Shown here: piece after piece, positions 30,855 to 40,495 of the stretch
Numbering within the stretch: position 1 is the stretch's first letter
Layout of the letters: every line of letters begins with the position of its first letter
Origin: Roseibacillus sp.
Lineage (GTDB): Bacteria; Verrucomicrobiota; Verrucomicrobiia; Verrucomicrobiales; Akkermansiaceae
Length of the DNA: 64,000 nt
Direction: 5' to 3'
Assembly (NCBI GenBank): GCA_965242925.1
Contig: CBDEUM010000034.1
Span: 1 to 64,000, forward strand
Position numbers and translations under genes: made by a program
Notes under the pieces: generated by a model
The model's input: the letters and a program-made list of their open reading frames with translations, nothing else
Databases searched by the model: none
Told to the model about the DNA's origin: nothing

Positions 30855-32406
30855 GAACGAACACCGCAACGTCATCAATGTACCATCCCGAGGCGTCGGA
30901 ATCCGCGAAGTCGTCGCTCACAAACCCGAACTCCAGCGCGACCAGCCGACCGAGCGCGGCCGCGGGTAACTCCGCCGAGAACTCCCGCCAGCCGCCGGGG
31001 GAGAATCCGGTGATATTAACCTGCACCACTCCCAATTCCGTCACCGTTCCCGCGGATAGCGCGGGGCCATCGAGGACACGCACCGTGCCGCGGTCGAGGT
31101 TGTCGAAATCATCCATGTCCACCCACTGTTGGAAGACGAGAGTCGCCACGGATGCGCCGTTGAGATTAATGTCACCCGGGGTGCGCTGCCAGATGCTGGA
31201 GTTGAGCCCGTAGTTGGCCGACAGGTTGGTGCCCACGCAGTTGGGGGCACTTGGCAGCGGGATCCCGGGGGGAACCGGACCGACCGAGGAAGGCGTCCCC
31301 AGTTCCCAAGCCGTATTCATGAGGGTGTCCCCGGCACCGAAGCCGGTGGTCCACCCGGCGGGGAGGGCTCCAGCCGCGGTGCTGTCGAAGTTCTCCGTGA
31401 AGACCGTGACCGGGGGCGTGGGAAACTCCTCCACGACGAAGAAACGCTCCGGGTCCCCGGGAAGGGTAAATTCCAGGGCATTCTCCGGTGGAGTGGCTTC
31501 GATGTTCTCGTTGCCGTCGAAGATGGGCCAAGCGGCAGAAGCTGCGGAGGAGGGATCCACAACACTCCGCAAATTGTAGAGCATCCCGTCCTGGCTTTCC
31601 CAGCCAATGGTAAGAGTTTGGGTGCCCGCATCGAGGGAGAGGTCCAACTGGGGTGGCTGCGGCAGGGAGAAGACAGTCAGGGGAGTGCGCCTCCGGGCGG
31701 CAAGGTTGAGGATTTGGTCGGCGCTCAAAACCACGTTGAAGAATGCAAGGTCATCCAGGGAGCCGTCCAATCCAAGGACTGCTGAACCGTTGATATTACC
31801 GATCCATAAATCCTGGGTAGGGTCGAGAATGCCGGAAACCGGAGTCGGATCGTGCAGGGAATCGAGTTGGCCATCGATGTAGATGATGAGTCCCGCGGGA
31901 TCGTCGCGGTCCACTGTGACCGCTAAATGGTGCCAAGTGCCATCCGGCGGAAGGATTGTATCGGAGTCGGCCAACAGGAAGTCTGCGCCGGGTTCGTCCA
32001 TGCGGAGCCGGAACCTGTTTCCAATAAAGAGCGCCTGGAATCCCTGGCTGGTGCCGCCCAGGGCGTCGAAGATGCCGTCGACCTCATTGGAGTCCGCCGC
32101 GCTGTCGACACGACGGGCCCAGAAGCTGAAAGAAAAGTCTTCGAGACCAAATGCCGGAAAGGAGTCTTGCGAGATTGTCACGACCTCCTCCGGGACCGCA
32201 CCGCTCACGCCGATCGAGATGGCCTCACCAGTTGGACTGCCTGGATCCACCTCCACATTGGTGCCGCCCACCCCGTTCGCTCCGTTTCCGGACCGGTCAT
32301 CATAACGGTTGGGAGATTCAAAATCCCAGTAGGCGGCCAACTCTGCACGCGCCGGTAAAAGGATACCTGCAGCAGCCATGATGGCCGCTATCGTCCGAAC
32401 TATCAT
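30850..32406 (-). CDS. Secreted LamG-like domain protein with conserved two-domain C-terminus
   Basis: Signal peptide; AYWDFE, FSFSFW, WHHLAVT, YIDG, LDDLAFF; C-terminal half paralogous to 60796..62331. Confidence 0.88.
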   Translation of the reverse strand: MIVRTIAAIMAAAGILLPARAELAAYWDFESPNRYDDRSGNGANGVGGTNVEVDPGSPTGEAISIGVSGAVPEEVVTISQDSFPAFGLEDFSFSFWARRVDSAADSNEVDGIFDALGGTSQGFQALFIGNRFRLRMDEPGADFLLADSDTILPPDGTWHHLAVTVDRDDPAGLIIYIDGQLDSLHDPTPVSGILDPTQDLWIGNINGSAVLGLDGSLDDLAFFNVVLSADQILNLAARRRTPLTVFSLPQPPQLDLSLDAGTQTLTIGWESQDGMLYNLRSVVDPSSAASAAWPIFDGNENIEATPPENALEFTLPGDPERFFVVEEFPTPPVTVFTENFDSTAAGALPAGWTTGFGAGDTLMNTAWELGTPSSVGPVPPGIPLPSAPNCVGTNLSANYGLNSSIWQRTPGDINLNGASVATLVFQQWVDMDDFDNLDRGTVRVLDGPALSAGTVTELGVVQVNITGFSPGGWREFSAELPAAALGRLVALEFGFVSDDFADSDASGWYIDDVAVFVR

Positions 32407-32450
32407 TGTATGGACAGGGGCGAGAGAGTGTTGTGTGAGACGGGCCGATG

Positions 32451-33143
32451 TTATTGCCGCCTTCGGCGAAGTGCGAGTAATCCGGTGCCCACCAAAGCGA
32501 GCAGGGCACCCGAAGGTTCCGGGATTACGCTGCCTTCGACGGTGAGTCCATTGATGTGGAAGTTGCCCGTGGAACCCTGACCGGCATTACGCGGGGTGAA
32601 GCGGATCTCCACGCTGCTGGCGCCCATGATCGACTCGTTGAATTCGCGCAGGATGGGCACCCCGGCCCCGGTACCCTGCGTCTGCACCGCGTCGTAGAGT
32701 TCGAACGGACCGGAATCGACGCTGACGTCGAACGCGATACCATTTGGTGCGCCGCCACCATTGCGCCACAGGTTGATGGAAAGAGTGTCGATATTCAGGG
32801 TGTTTCCAGCATTTGCAGCGAGGGTAAAGAAGATGTAGTGGTCATTGATTCCATCGCCACCACGGTCGAAGTTTTTGACGTTGAGTTCACCTGCAACCGC
32901 GGTGCCCACACCGCCCGGAGCGACGGCTGTGGAATAGGTTAGCCCGACATGATCCAAGTCGGAGGAAGAGAGACCGGCTGCCGCGTTGGCATTGGTTGAG
33001 AGAAGCAGCGGGTGAGGTGGAGGTGTGTTCTCACTGCCGACCGGTTCAGCAGGAATCCCGCTGAAATCCCAATCGACCAGGACGGCAGCGTTTGCGGAAA
33101 CCTGTGCAATGAGAACGAGGGAAGCGATGACGACAGTTTTCAT
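32451..33143 (-). CDS. PEP-CTERM sorting domain protein
   Basis: Signal peptide; ends IPEPSGALLALVGTGLLALRRRRQ. Confidence 0.93.
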   Translation of the reverse strand: MKTVVIASLVLIAQVSANAAVLVDWDFSGIPAEPVGSENTPPPHPLLLSTNANAAAGLSSSDLDHVGLTYSTAVAPGGVGTAVAGELNVKNFDRGGDGINDHYIFFTLAANAGNTLNIDTLSINLWRNGGGAPNGIAFDVSVDSGPFELYDAVQTQGTGAGVPILREFNESIMGASSVEIRFTPRNAGQGSTGNFHINGLTVEGSVIPEPSGALLALVGTGLLALRRRRQ

Positions 33144-33274
33144 GCAGCGATTATGATCAAGGTTGATTAGATGAATTAGTATCCTCAGGTGTTTTCTACG
33201 ACAAGAAAATTGGAGCGCAGGTCATCCCCCTTTCCCTCACTCCGTTCAGTTCCGCGTTGAGTCCGCACCAGCAG

Positions 33275-33322
33275 CCTCTGCCTGGGTGCGGGCAGGGTGA
33301 ACTGGTCTGGCTTTTTTGCCTC
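33275..33322 (+). repeat. Degenerate element A copy, followed by a Lys/Ala/Glu-rich gene remnant
   Basis: cctctgcctgggtgcgggcagggtgaactggtctggcttttttgcctc. Confidence 0.45.
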
Positions 33323-33828
33323 GCCCCATGCGGTCCTAACGGCCACGAAGAGAAGTCATCCGAAAGGAAGACGGAAGCAAAAGCTAAATCTCCAGAACCA
33401 AGACAAGTTGCCAGGAAGAAGGCCGAAGCTGACAGGAAATCTGCTCAATCGAAAAGGGCTGCCCAGGAGAAAAGAGGCAAAGAGGCGACTGCTGCTGAAA
33501 AGGCCATAGAGGAAGCTCTGCGGAGGACGGTTGAAGCCAGAACAGAATCCCGCTCAAATGCGCGACTGAAAGAACGAAAACCGAAATCTCTGGATCCGGG
33601 TTTGTCCTTGGATTTAAACCTCTTCGCCCTTTCTCCTGGAGCTTCTAAATCGTCATCACTCGACCTCCTTCAGAGGCTTGCTGATGGACCAGATCCATGA
33701 CCCCGTGTGTCTTCCAGGAACGCCATCTCGGAAAAGGATTTCCCTAGCATTATTCCTGGTAAGAGATAAAAATATCCGGGGGAAACAGGGATTAAAAACC
33801 AATCTCCCAGCAAGAGCAGTCAATTTCC

Positions 33829-36800
33829 ATGAAGCGAGTTCTCGCCCTAATGCTCAGCCTCAGTCCCTCTGTGGGGTTGGCAGCTTCTCCGACGGTGACC
33901 AACGTCACACCCGTTCCGGGCACGGTGAGCGAGCTTTCCCCGATCACGATCACCTTCTCGGAGGCTGTCAGAGGTGTGGAGGCGTCCGATCTTATCATGA
34001 ACGGTGTGGCGGCCAGCACGGTTTCCGGATCCGGCGACGAGTATGCCTTCAGCTTCGTCTCTGTTCCGCTTGGGTTGGTGACCGTGACGTGGGGGTCCAA
34101 TCACGATATTACGGATGCAGAATTGCCCGCCAATGCCTTCGATTCTACCGCCCCGGGAGAAGTCCGGCACTACGTCGTTGTCGATCAGGAGGCGCCCACC
34201 ATTATCAATCGATCTCCAGTAGCAGATGGCAGACTGCGCGGCCTGACAGAAGTTTCGGTCACCTTCTCCGAACTCATCACCGGCCTCGAGGCTGCAGATC
34301 TCACCGCCAATGGCGCTCCTGCCACCTCTCTCACGGGAGAGGGCGCCGGTCCCTATCTCTTCACCTTTGGTTCCATCGCCGATGGCCCGGTCACCCTCTC
34401 GTGGGCTGCCGGACACGCCATTGCGGACCTCGCATCCAATGCACTGATCGGCGAAGACTGGTCCTACATCCTGGCGTCCAACGCACGCATTCCGAATGTC
34501 GTCATCAACGAATTGATGGCCTCCAACCGCTCCGGTCTGACCGATGAAGATGAAGAGCACTCCGACTGGATCGAACTCCTTAACAGGGACAATTCCGCCG
34601 TCAACCTTCTTGGCTGGTCCCTCAGCGACGATATTGATGAACCCGGTAAATTTGTTCTCCCGGACAGGACTCTGCAACCTGGTGCCAGGCTCCTTGTCAT
34701 TGCTTCGGGCAAGGATCGCTCTCCATCGGGCGAGGCAGAGATCCACACCAATTTCAAGCTGGCGGCCTTCGGCGAGTACCTCGGGCTTTTCCCTCCGGAG
34801 CTTCCCCGGGAAGCGGTAGACGAGATCGCTCCGGCCTATCCGGTCCAGCGCATCGACCATTCCTATGGTCGCGAAAACAACGGCGAAATATGGCGCTATT
34901 TCGCCAGTCCCACTCCACGGGTTTCAAACAGTTCACAGTCCCTGATCCTCGGCCTCCTCGGATCACCCCATTTCAGCAGTTCCCGCGGATTCTATGCTCG
35001 ACCCTTTAACCTGCGTCTCACGGCACCCGATCCCCAATCGGTTATTCGCTACACCACCGACGGGAGTGAACCCACCGCCGGGAGCGGAAGAATCTATTCC
35101 GCTCCCATTCCCGTCGAAGCGACCCGCATCATCCGCGCTGCTGCCTTCCGCCGGAACTACCTCCCCTCGGAGATTATCACCCACAGTTATTTCTACGATG
35201 AAGCACCGGGGGTTCCCGGGTGGGTGGTGACCTCCAGTGCGATTCGCTCCCTCCCCATCATCTCCGTCAGTACCGATGACTCCAACCTCTGGGGACCCAC
35301 CGGCATTCAGACACCCGGCAATGCCGCTCAGCGTGGCATCGCCTGGGAACGTCCTGCTTCCGTCGAGTTGATCCGCCCCGACCAGAGTGGTTTTCAGGAG
35401 AACTGCGGGATCCGTGTGCAGGGCGGCGACCACATCCGGGGGCGCTATAATCCCAACAGTAGTCCACCGGCGTCCAAGTACTCGTTCCGCATCTACTTTC
35501 GCGGCGACTATGGGGCAACCATGCTCCACTTCCCTTTCTTCGAGGGATCCGAAGTGAAGGATTTTGACCGCTTCACTCTTCGTGCCGGAATGAACGATCA
35601 CTCCAATCCCTTTGTCGTGGACGAGATGGTCCGCCGCATGCAAATCGCGACCGGCAATATCGGAGCGAGAGGAAATTTTGTGAACCTCTTCATTAACGGC
35701 CAATACAAAGGCTACTACAACGCCACGGAACGCATCGATGACGACTTCATGCGATCCTGGCACGGCGGAGAAAACGACTGGGACGTCATCGCACAATTCG
35801 GAGAAGTCCGGGAAGGCGACTCCCGGGAATGGCAACGCATGATGGGAGTCGTCAGGCGCGACCAGAGCAATATCAGCAACTATCGCAGATCTTCCATGCT
35901 GCTCGATATGGACAACTTCATCGACTACCTCCTGGTCAATGTCTATTGCGGCACCACGGACTGGCCGCACAACAACTGGCGGGCAGCTCGAGAGCGTGCT
36001 TCTCGTGCGAAGTTTCGGTTCTACGTCTGGGACGCCGAACATGCTCTTGGCAGAGGCGGAAGTGTCGAAGGTAATACCCTCACCAGTGCGCTCGCGGGCG
36101 GTTCTGAGATCGCGCAGATGTATCAGGCCCTGGTTCAAAGTCCGGAGTTCCGCTTGCGCTGGGCGGACCGCGCCCACAAACATCTGTTCAACGGCGGCGC
36201 CTTGACAGACAGGACACACAACCTGAATTTCCGGCTCCTCCGACGGGAGATGCGAGCCGTTATCCCCCACATGGACGACTCCGTTATCAGGCGCTGGATT
36301 CCGCATCGGCGCACTGCCATCATCGGTCACATGCGAAGCGCCGGACTCTACAGGTCTGACGAAGCACCGGAAATGCGGCCCTTCGGCGGCGCTGTTACGC
36401 CGACCGACCTGATCGAGCTGTCTTCCATCGGCGATGGCATTTACTACACCACTGACGGAAGTGATCCACGTGCAACAGCCACACCACAGAATCCACTGGG
36501 TAGCGTCTCCCCTCAAGCCGCTCTCTACACCGGCCCATTCACACTCAACGGCACGAGCACGATTAAATGCCGCTCACTTTCCGGAGCCGACTGGAGCGCG
36601 CTCACCGAGGCCGAATTCCTTCAGGAACCCCCATTCCCGAACCTCCGCATCACCGAGATCATGTATAATCCACCCGGAGGCAGTGCCTACGAGTTCATCG
36701 AGCTGCATAATCCATCCAGCCACCCGATCGATCTTGGACACTTCAGCTTCCAGGGCATCACCTGGGAATTCCCGGGCGACGCGACTCTGAGGCCCCAACA

Positions 36801-39177
36801 GCGGATTATCCTGAGTTCCAATGATGATCCACAGTCCTTCGCTCAACGGTATCCGGGGGTTGGCTCCTACGGCACCTTTGGGGGCAGCCTTTCCAATGGT
36901 GGAGAACGCCTTGCTCTGGTCGACGCCTTTGGAAACAATATCATCTCCGTCCGTTACAACGATCGCGCTGGCTGGCCCCGCTCTGCGGACGGCGGCGGCT
37001 ACTCGCTGGTGCTGCGGGACATCGACGGAGACCTCAACGATCCGACCTCCTGGGGCGCGAGTCCTCAGGTGCACGGTTCGCCGGGCAGGGGAGATTCCGC
37101 CGAGGTTCGCGCCAGTGTCGCCATCAACGAGGTGCTTGCCCATAACGAGAGCGCCGTTGCACATGGCAATGAGTTCCCTCCCTTTGTTGAACTCCAAAAC
37201 CCCGGTGGAAGCGCCGTTGATCTCAGTGGTTGGAGCCTGAGCGACGATGCCGACCTCCCTCATAAGTTCAGCTTTCCTCAAGGGGCCTCCATCGAAGGCG
37301 GTGGACATCTCCTGGTCTGGTGCACCAATCCCATGGGCGCGCCCGGCTTGCATTCCGGCTTCGAGTTAAGGTCTGAGGGTGGGTTCCTCTTTCTCACGAA
37401 TTCGTCAGGGGTCCAAACCGACGCCGCCTCCTACGGGTTGCAGGTCGCGGACTTCTCGATCAGCAGGAACGAGAGGAACTGGAGCCTCACCGTCCCCACC
37501 CCTGGAAGTCCTAATGGCGCTGCCGTTCCTCTCGCCTCCCAATCCGAACTCACTATCAACGAGTGGGTCACCAACCGCATTTCTGGCGAAGGAGACTGGC
37601 TCGAACTCCACAATAAGGACGCCAACCGCCCTGTCGCTCTGCGGAATCTCTATTTCGCCAGTGATCAATCCGTCTATCGCTACGGAGCGATCTCATTCAT
37701 GGCCCCGCGCGCATTCCAGCGCTTCTGGGCCGATGAAGGTTCCGGCCCCGAGCATCTCGGATTTCGTCTTCCGGCCTCCGGGGGCACCCTCCAACTGATC
37801 GAATTGAACGGCGTGCTGATCGAAAATTTGAGACACACCGCGCAGGACGAGAATGTCGCAAGCGGTCGCTTGCCCGATGGATCCACCACGGTGCACCACT
37901 TCACCAACTCTTCCAGTCCCGGCGCCTCCAACTACCTGAACGTAGTTTCCGGTCTGAGCATCTCCGAGCTACACGCGGATTTAAACGGCGGGGGCCGCGG
38001 ATGGGTTGAGATCTCTAACAGCACACCCCATCCCCTCTCCCTGAGCGGATGCTCCCTCGTGGTGGGAAATCGTGATAGCACGCACTGGACCTTCCCGTCC
38101 GACCTTTCCGTCCCGGCCAGCGGATTCCTTGTGATCGCCTGCGACCCTACCCGTGTGCCCTCTTCCTCCCCGGGGGGGCTCAATACAGGACACTCTCTTC
38201 CTGGCATCGGCGGTGAAATCTATTTCTTCGATGATGCGGCTCGGGAGATTGATCGCGTGCACTACGGCGCACAGGTTCCCGGTCTCTCCATTGGCTCGGC
38301 CCTCGATGGCAACTGGAGATTGCTGTCGTCGCCGACTCCGGGTGAGGTTAATGCCCCAGCCGCTTTGCTTGGAAATAGACGGCTTCTCTCCATCAACGAA
38401 TGGCTGGCCAAAGCACCGCTCGACCTCGAAGATTTTGTAGAACTCTATAACAGTTCGGATCGTCCCGTCGCGTTGCACCTGCTCTGCCTGACGGACGACC
38501 TGTCCAGCACCGGGTTCAACCAGTTTTCATTCCCCGAACTCAGCTACATTGCGCCACGCGGATTTCTCGTGCTCCTCGCCGACGGAGGATCTGGCGTCGG
38601 GCATCTTCCCTTCCGTCTGCACGCGATGGGTGATGCACTGCGGCTCTACCAGGACGCCGACGGCAGCTCGATCATCGACGAAGTGAGTTGGGGTGTGGAA
38701 GAGGAAGGGGTGTCGAGCGGTCGCCTCACGGATGGAGGTTCCGATCTCGGCCCCTTGCAGTTCCAATCGCCGGGAGGATCTAATCGGATCAACCCCAATG
38801 CCGATCGCGACGGGGACGGGATGTCGGACTCATGGGAAACCGCGCATGGGCTCGATCCCGACTCGGCGGCTGACGCAAATTTTGATCTCGATGGCGACCA
38901 CCGAACGAACCTCTACGAATACCGAAGCAACACCGATCCCGGCGACGCCACTAGCTTCCTCCAGTTTTCTGCATTCTCGCACGACGAGACCGAAATTGCG
39001 CTGAAGTTCAACGCCCAACCCGGCATCCGCTACAGGATTGAGCAGAGTGACAACGGGATTGACTGGAGCGCCTTCAGCGTCATCCCGGCCGGGCCCGCCA
39101 TGCGCATTGAGAGACTCAGTGACCTGCACGGCGGCTCCAGCGAATTCTATCGCCTCGTCGCCGAACGGATGCCCTGA
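33829..39177 (+). CDS. Large secreted Ig-like / lamin-tail / Fn3-associated / CotH-kinase protein
   Basis: Two ITFSE Ig-like repeats, several INE/DWIEL LTD units, IRYTTDGSEP, TDWPHNNW...VWDAE CotH motif, DRDGDGMSD, ends SEFYRLVAERMP. Confidence 0.9.
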   Translation: MKRVLALMLSLSPSVGLAASPTVTNVTPVPGTVSELSPITITFSEAVRGVEASDLIMNGVAASTVSGSGDEYAFSFVSVPLGLVTVTWGSNHDITDAELPANAFDSTAPGEVRHYVVVDQEAPTIINRSPVADGRLRGLTEVSVTFSELITGLEAADLTANGAPATSLTGEGAGPYLFTFGSIADGPVTLSWAAGHAIADLASNALIGEDWSYILASNARIPNVVINELMASNRSGLTDEDEEHSDWIELLNRDNSAVNLLGWSLSDDIDEPGKFVLPDRTLQPGARLLVIASGKDRSPSGEAEIHTNFKLAAFGEYLGLFPPELPREAVDEIAPAYPVQRIDHSYGRENNGEIWRYFASPTPRVSNSSQSLILGLLGSPHFSSSRGFYARPFNLRLTAPDPQSVIRYTTDGSEPTAGSGRIYSAPIPVEATRIIRAAAFRRNYLPSEIITHSYFYDEAPGVPGWVVTSSAIRSLPIISVSTDDSNLWGPTGIQTPGNAAQRGIAWERPASVELIRPDQSGFQENCGIRVQGGDHIRGRYNPNSSPPASKYSFRIYFRGDYGATMLHFPFFEGSEVKDFDRFTLRAGMNDHSNPFVVDEMVRRMQIATGNIGARGNFVNLFINGQYKGYYNATERIDDDFMRSWHGGENDWDVIAQFGEVREGDSREWQRMMGVVRRDQSNISNYRRSSMLLDMDNFIDYLLVNVYCGTTDWPHNNWRAARERASRAKFRFYVWDAEHALGRGGSVEGNTLTSALAGGSEIAQMYQALVQSPEFRLRWADRAHKHLFNGGALTDRTHNLNFRLLRREMRAVIPHMDDSVIRRWIPHRRTAIIGHMRSAGLYRSDEAPEMRPFGGAVTPTDLIELSSIGDGIYYTTDGSDPRATATPQNPLGSVSPQAALYTGPFTLNGTSTIKCRSLSGADWSALTEAEFLQEPPFPNLRITEIMYNPPGGSAYEFIELHNPSSHPIDLGHFSFQGITWEFPGDATLRPQQRIILSSNDDPQSFAQRYPGVGSYGTFGGSLSNGGERLALVDAFGNNIISVRYNDRAGWPRSADGGGYSLVLRDIDGDLNDPTSWGASPQVHGSPGRGDSAEVRASVAINEVLAHNESAVAHGNEFPPFVELQNPGGSAVDLSGWSLSDDADLPHKFSFPQGASIEGGGHLLVWCTNPMGAPGLHSGFELRSEGGFLFLTNSSGVQTDAASYGLQVADFSISRNERNWSLTVPTPGSPNGAAVPLASQSELTINEWVTNRISGEGDWLELHNKDANRPVALRNLYFASDQSVYRYGAISFMAPRAFQRFWADEGSGPEHLGFRLPASGGTLQLIELNGVLIENLRHTAQDENVASGRLPDGSTTVHHFTNSSSPGASNYLNVVSGLSISELHADLNGGGRGWVEISNSTPHPLSLSGCSLVVGNRDSTHWTFPSDLSVPASGFLVIACDPTRVPSSSPGGLNTGHSLPGIGGEIYFFDDAAREIDRVHYGAQVPGLSIGSALDGNWRLLSSPTPGEVNAPAALLGNRRLLSINEWLAKAPLDLEDFVELYNSSDRPVALHLLCLTDDLSSTGFNQFSFPELSYIAPRGFLVLLADGGSGVGHLPFRLHAMGDALRLYQDADGSSIIDEVSWGVEEEGVSSGRLTDGGSDLGPLQFQSPGGSNRINPNADRDGDGMSDSWETAHGLDPDSAADANFDLDGDHRTNLYEYRSNTDPGDATSFLQFSAFSHDETEIALKFNAQPGIRYRIEQSDNGIDWSAFSVIPAGPAMRIERLSDLHGGSSEFYRLVAERMP

Positions 39178-39413
39178 CAGCTCCTGAAGGCGATCAGCAA
39201 GAGGCCCAGCATGGAGCCCAGGTGATCCGTTCACGAGCCAGCTCCTCACCTCTGGGGCGGGTTATTCCCGCATCGCGGGCGGTGGCACGCTTCTGTGTTT
39301 CGCAGACTAATGTCTCAGGTCATCGACAGACGGAAGGCCTGGCATCTATCAGAGGAGATCGGTTGCGATCATTCCTGCCACCCTGCCGGAGACAGAGGAG
39401 CCAGCACCCAGGT

Positions 39414-39462
39414 CCAGGGATCAGGATGCGCGGTTGCTGTCCGTTGAACCCCAAGAAAGCGG
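39414..39462 (+). repeat. Highly degenerate element A plus class-2 tail
   Basis: ccagggatcaggatgcgcggttgctgtccgttgaaccccaagaaagcgg, compared with ctagtccacgctgaaccggaagaa at 55717. Confidence 0.4.
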
Positions 39463-39473
39463 AGCAGGGTCTG

Positions 39474-40373
39474 TCACCGTTTCTTTCCAGTCAACCGGTC
39501 CAGAAACTGGCAGAGTTTGTCTGTCGCAGGATCATCGGGTTTTCCCAAGTCGTTATTGAGCCGGCTGTGGTTGGAGTCCCCGTTGCCATAGGCCTCGACC
39601 GGAATCCCCGATTTCTTCAACGCTTCTTGGAGACATCTTGCCTGGGCTCTCGTATTTGGATTGCCGGGAAAATAGAGGATGAGAAAGGGAGGGATACCCT
39701 TACCCTTCGCGACGTGAGTGACCGACGAGAAATTGACGTGCTTCTTCGGATCGTTTCCGAACTTCTGCCGGTGCCCGAAGCCGGGGAGTCGGCCCTCGTA
39801 CAATTGCTGACGCAATTCAGCCGTCGTGATTATCTTAGGGATGTCGTAAGTGTCGCCGTCTACCGGCACGCATCCCTTGAGGGCCTCAAAGGATACGTTC
39901 TCTTTTTCCAGGTAGCTGTCATCGGTGCAGACCAGCGCCGCGAGCTGAGCGCCCGCCGAATGCCCGCCCACGAAGATCTGCTCCGGATCGCCTCCGAATC
40001 TGCCGATATTTGCGTATACCCAACCGAGCGCCTTGGCCACATCACCGATGAGGACGTCCATCGTTACACCGGGCAGGAGTCGGTAATTGGTCGAAACAAA
40101 GATGAACCCACGCTCCGTCAACGCTTTTGGCTTCAATCCGACCTCGCTCTTGTCCCCGGCCTGCCATCCTCCGCCGTGAATCCAGAACATAACGGGAAGA
40201 CGCTTCTTACTCGATTTGGAAGGTGTGTAGACATCCAGGATCTGGCGGTCATGACCGGACTCCACATAGGGGATGTCAGGCTTCAGTTTCTGGGCCAATG
40301 CAAGCTCAGGAAGGAACAGAAGCGAGAGCAAAGGAAGGACAGAGAACGATTTCACGATGCGAAGCCCTACCAC
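39474..40373 (-). CDS. Secreted alpha/beta hydrolase (HSL-like/BD-FAE-type esterase)
   Basis: IHGGGW oxyanion motif, NYRL, GHSAG nucleophile elbow, C-terminal His (NHS). Confidence 0.9.
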   Translation of the reverse strand: MVGLRIVKSFSVLPLLSLLFLPELALAQKLKPDIPYVESGHDRQILDVYTPSKSSKKRLPVMFWIHGGGWQAGDKSEVGLKPKALTERGFIFVSTNYRLLPGVTMDVLIGDVAKALGWVYANIGRFGGDPEQIFVGGHSAGAQLAALVCTDDSYLEKENVSFEALKGCVPVDGDTYDIPKIITTAELRQQLYEGRLPGFGHRQKFGNDPKKHVNFSSVTHVAKGKGIPPFLILYFPGNPNTRAQARCLQEALKKSGIPVEAYGNGDSNHSRLNNDLGKPDDPATDKLCQFLDRLTGKKR

Positions 40374-40411
40374 ACTGCGGGAAGCAGGGGAAGCGGCACC
40401 CGATCCTCATA

Positions 40412-40465
40412 TCTCTGCATCAGGGGACGGGAAACAGGGTGTGGGGAGGTTTGGCTTTGCCCCCT
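40412..40465 (+). repeat. Element A copy with class-1 flank
   Basis: tctctgcatcaggggacgggaaacagggtgtggggaggtttggctttgccccct, leading into the ATG at 40496. Confidence 0.88.
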
Positions 40466-40495
40466 CCGCCAAATGGGTGGTAAGGATGAGGCGAA

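Noticed and set aside
33257..33700. 147-aa ORF as an intact gene
   Set aside because: No credible start or domain; it overlaps a degenerate element A and looks like a low-complexity remnant.
34963..36516. Long antisense ORFs (also 39222..40499, 61150..62430, 33847..34860, 59007..59927, 1424..2332, 5625..6515)
   Set aside because: Shadow frames of well-supported genes in GC-rich DNA, with no recognisable motifs.
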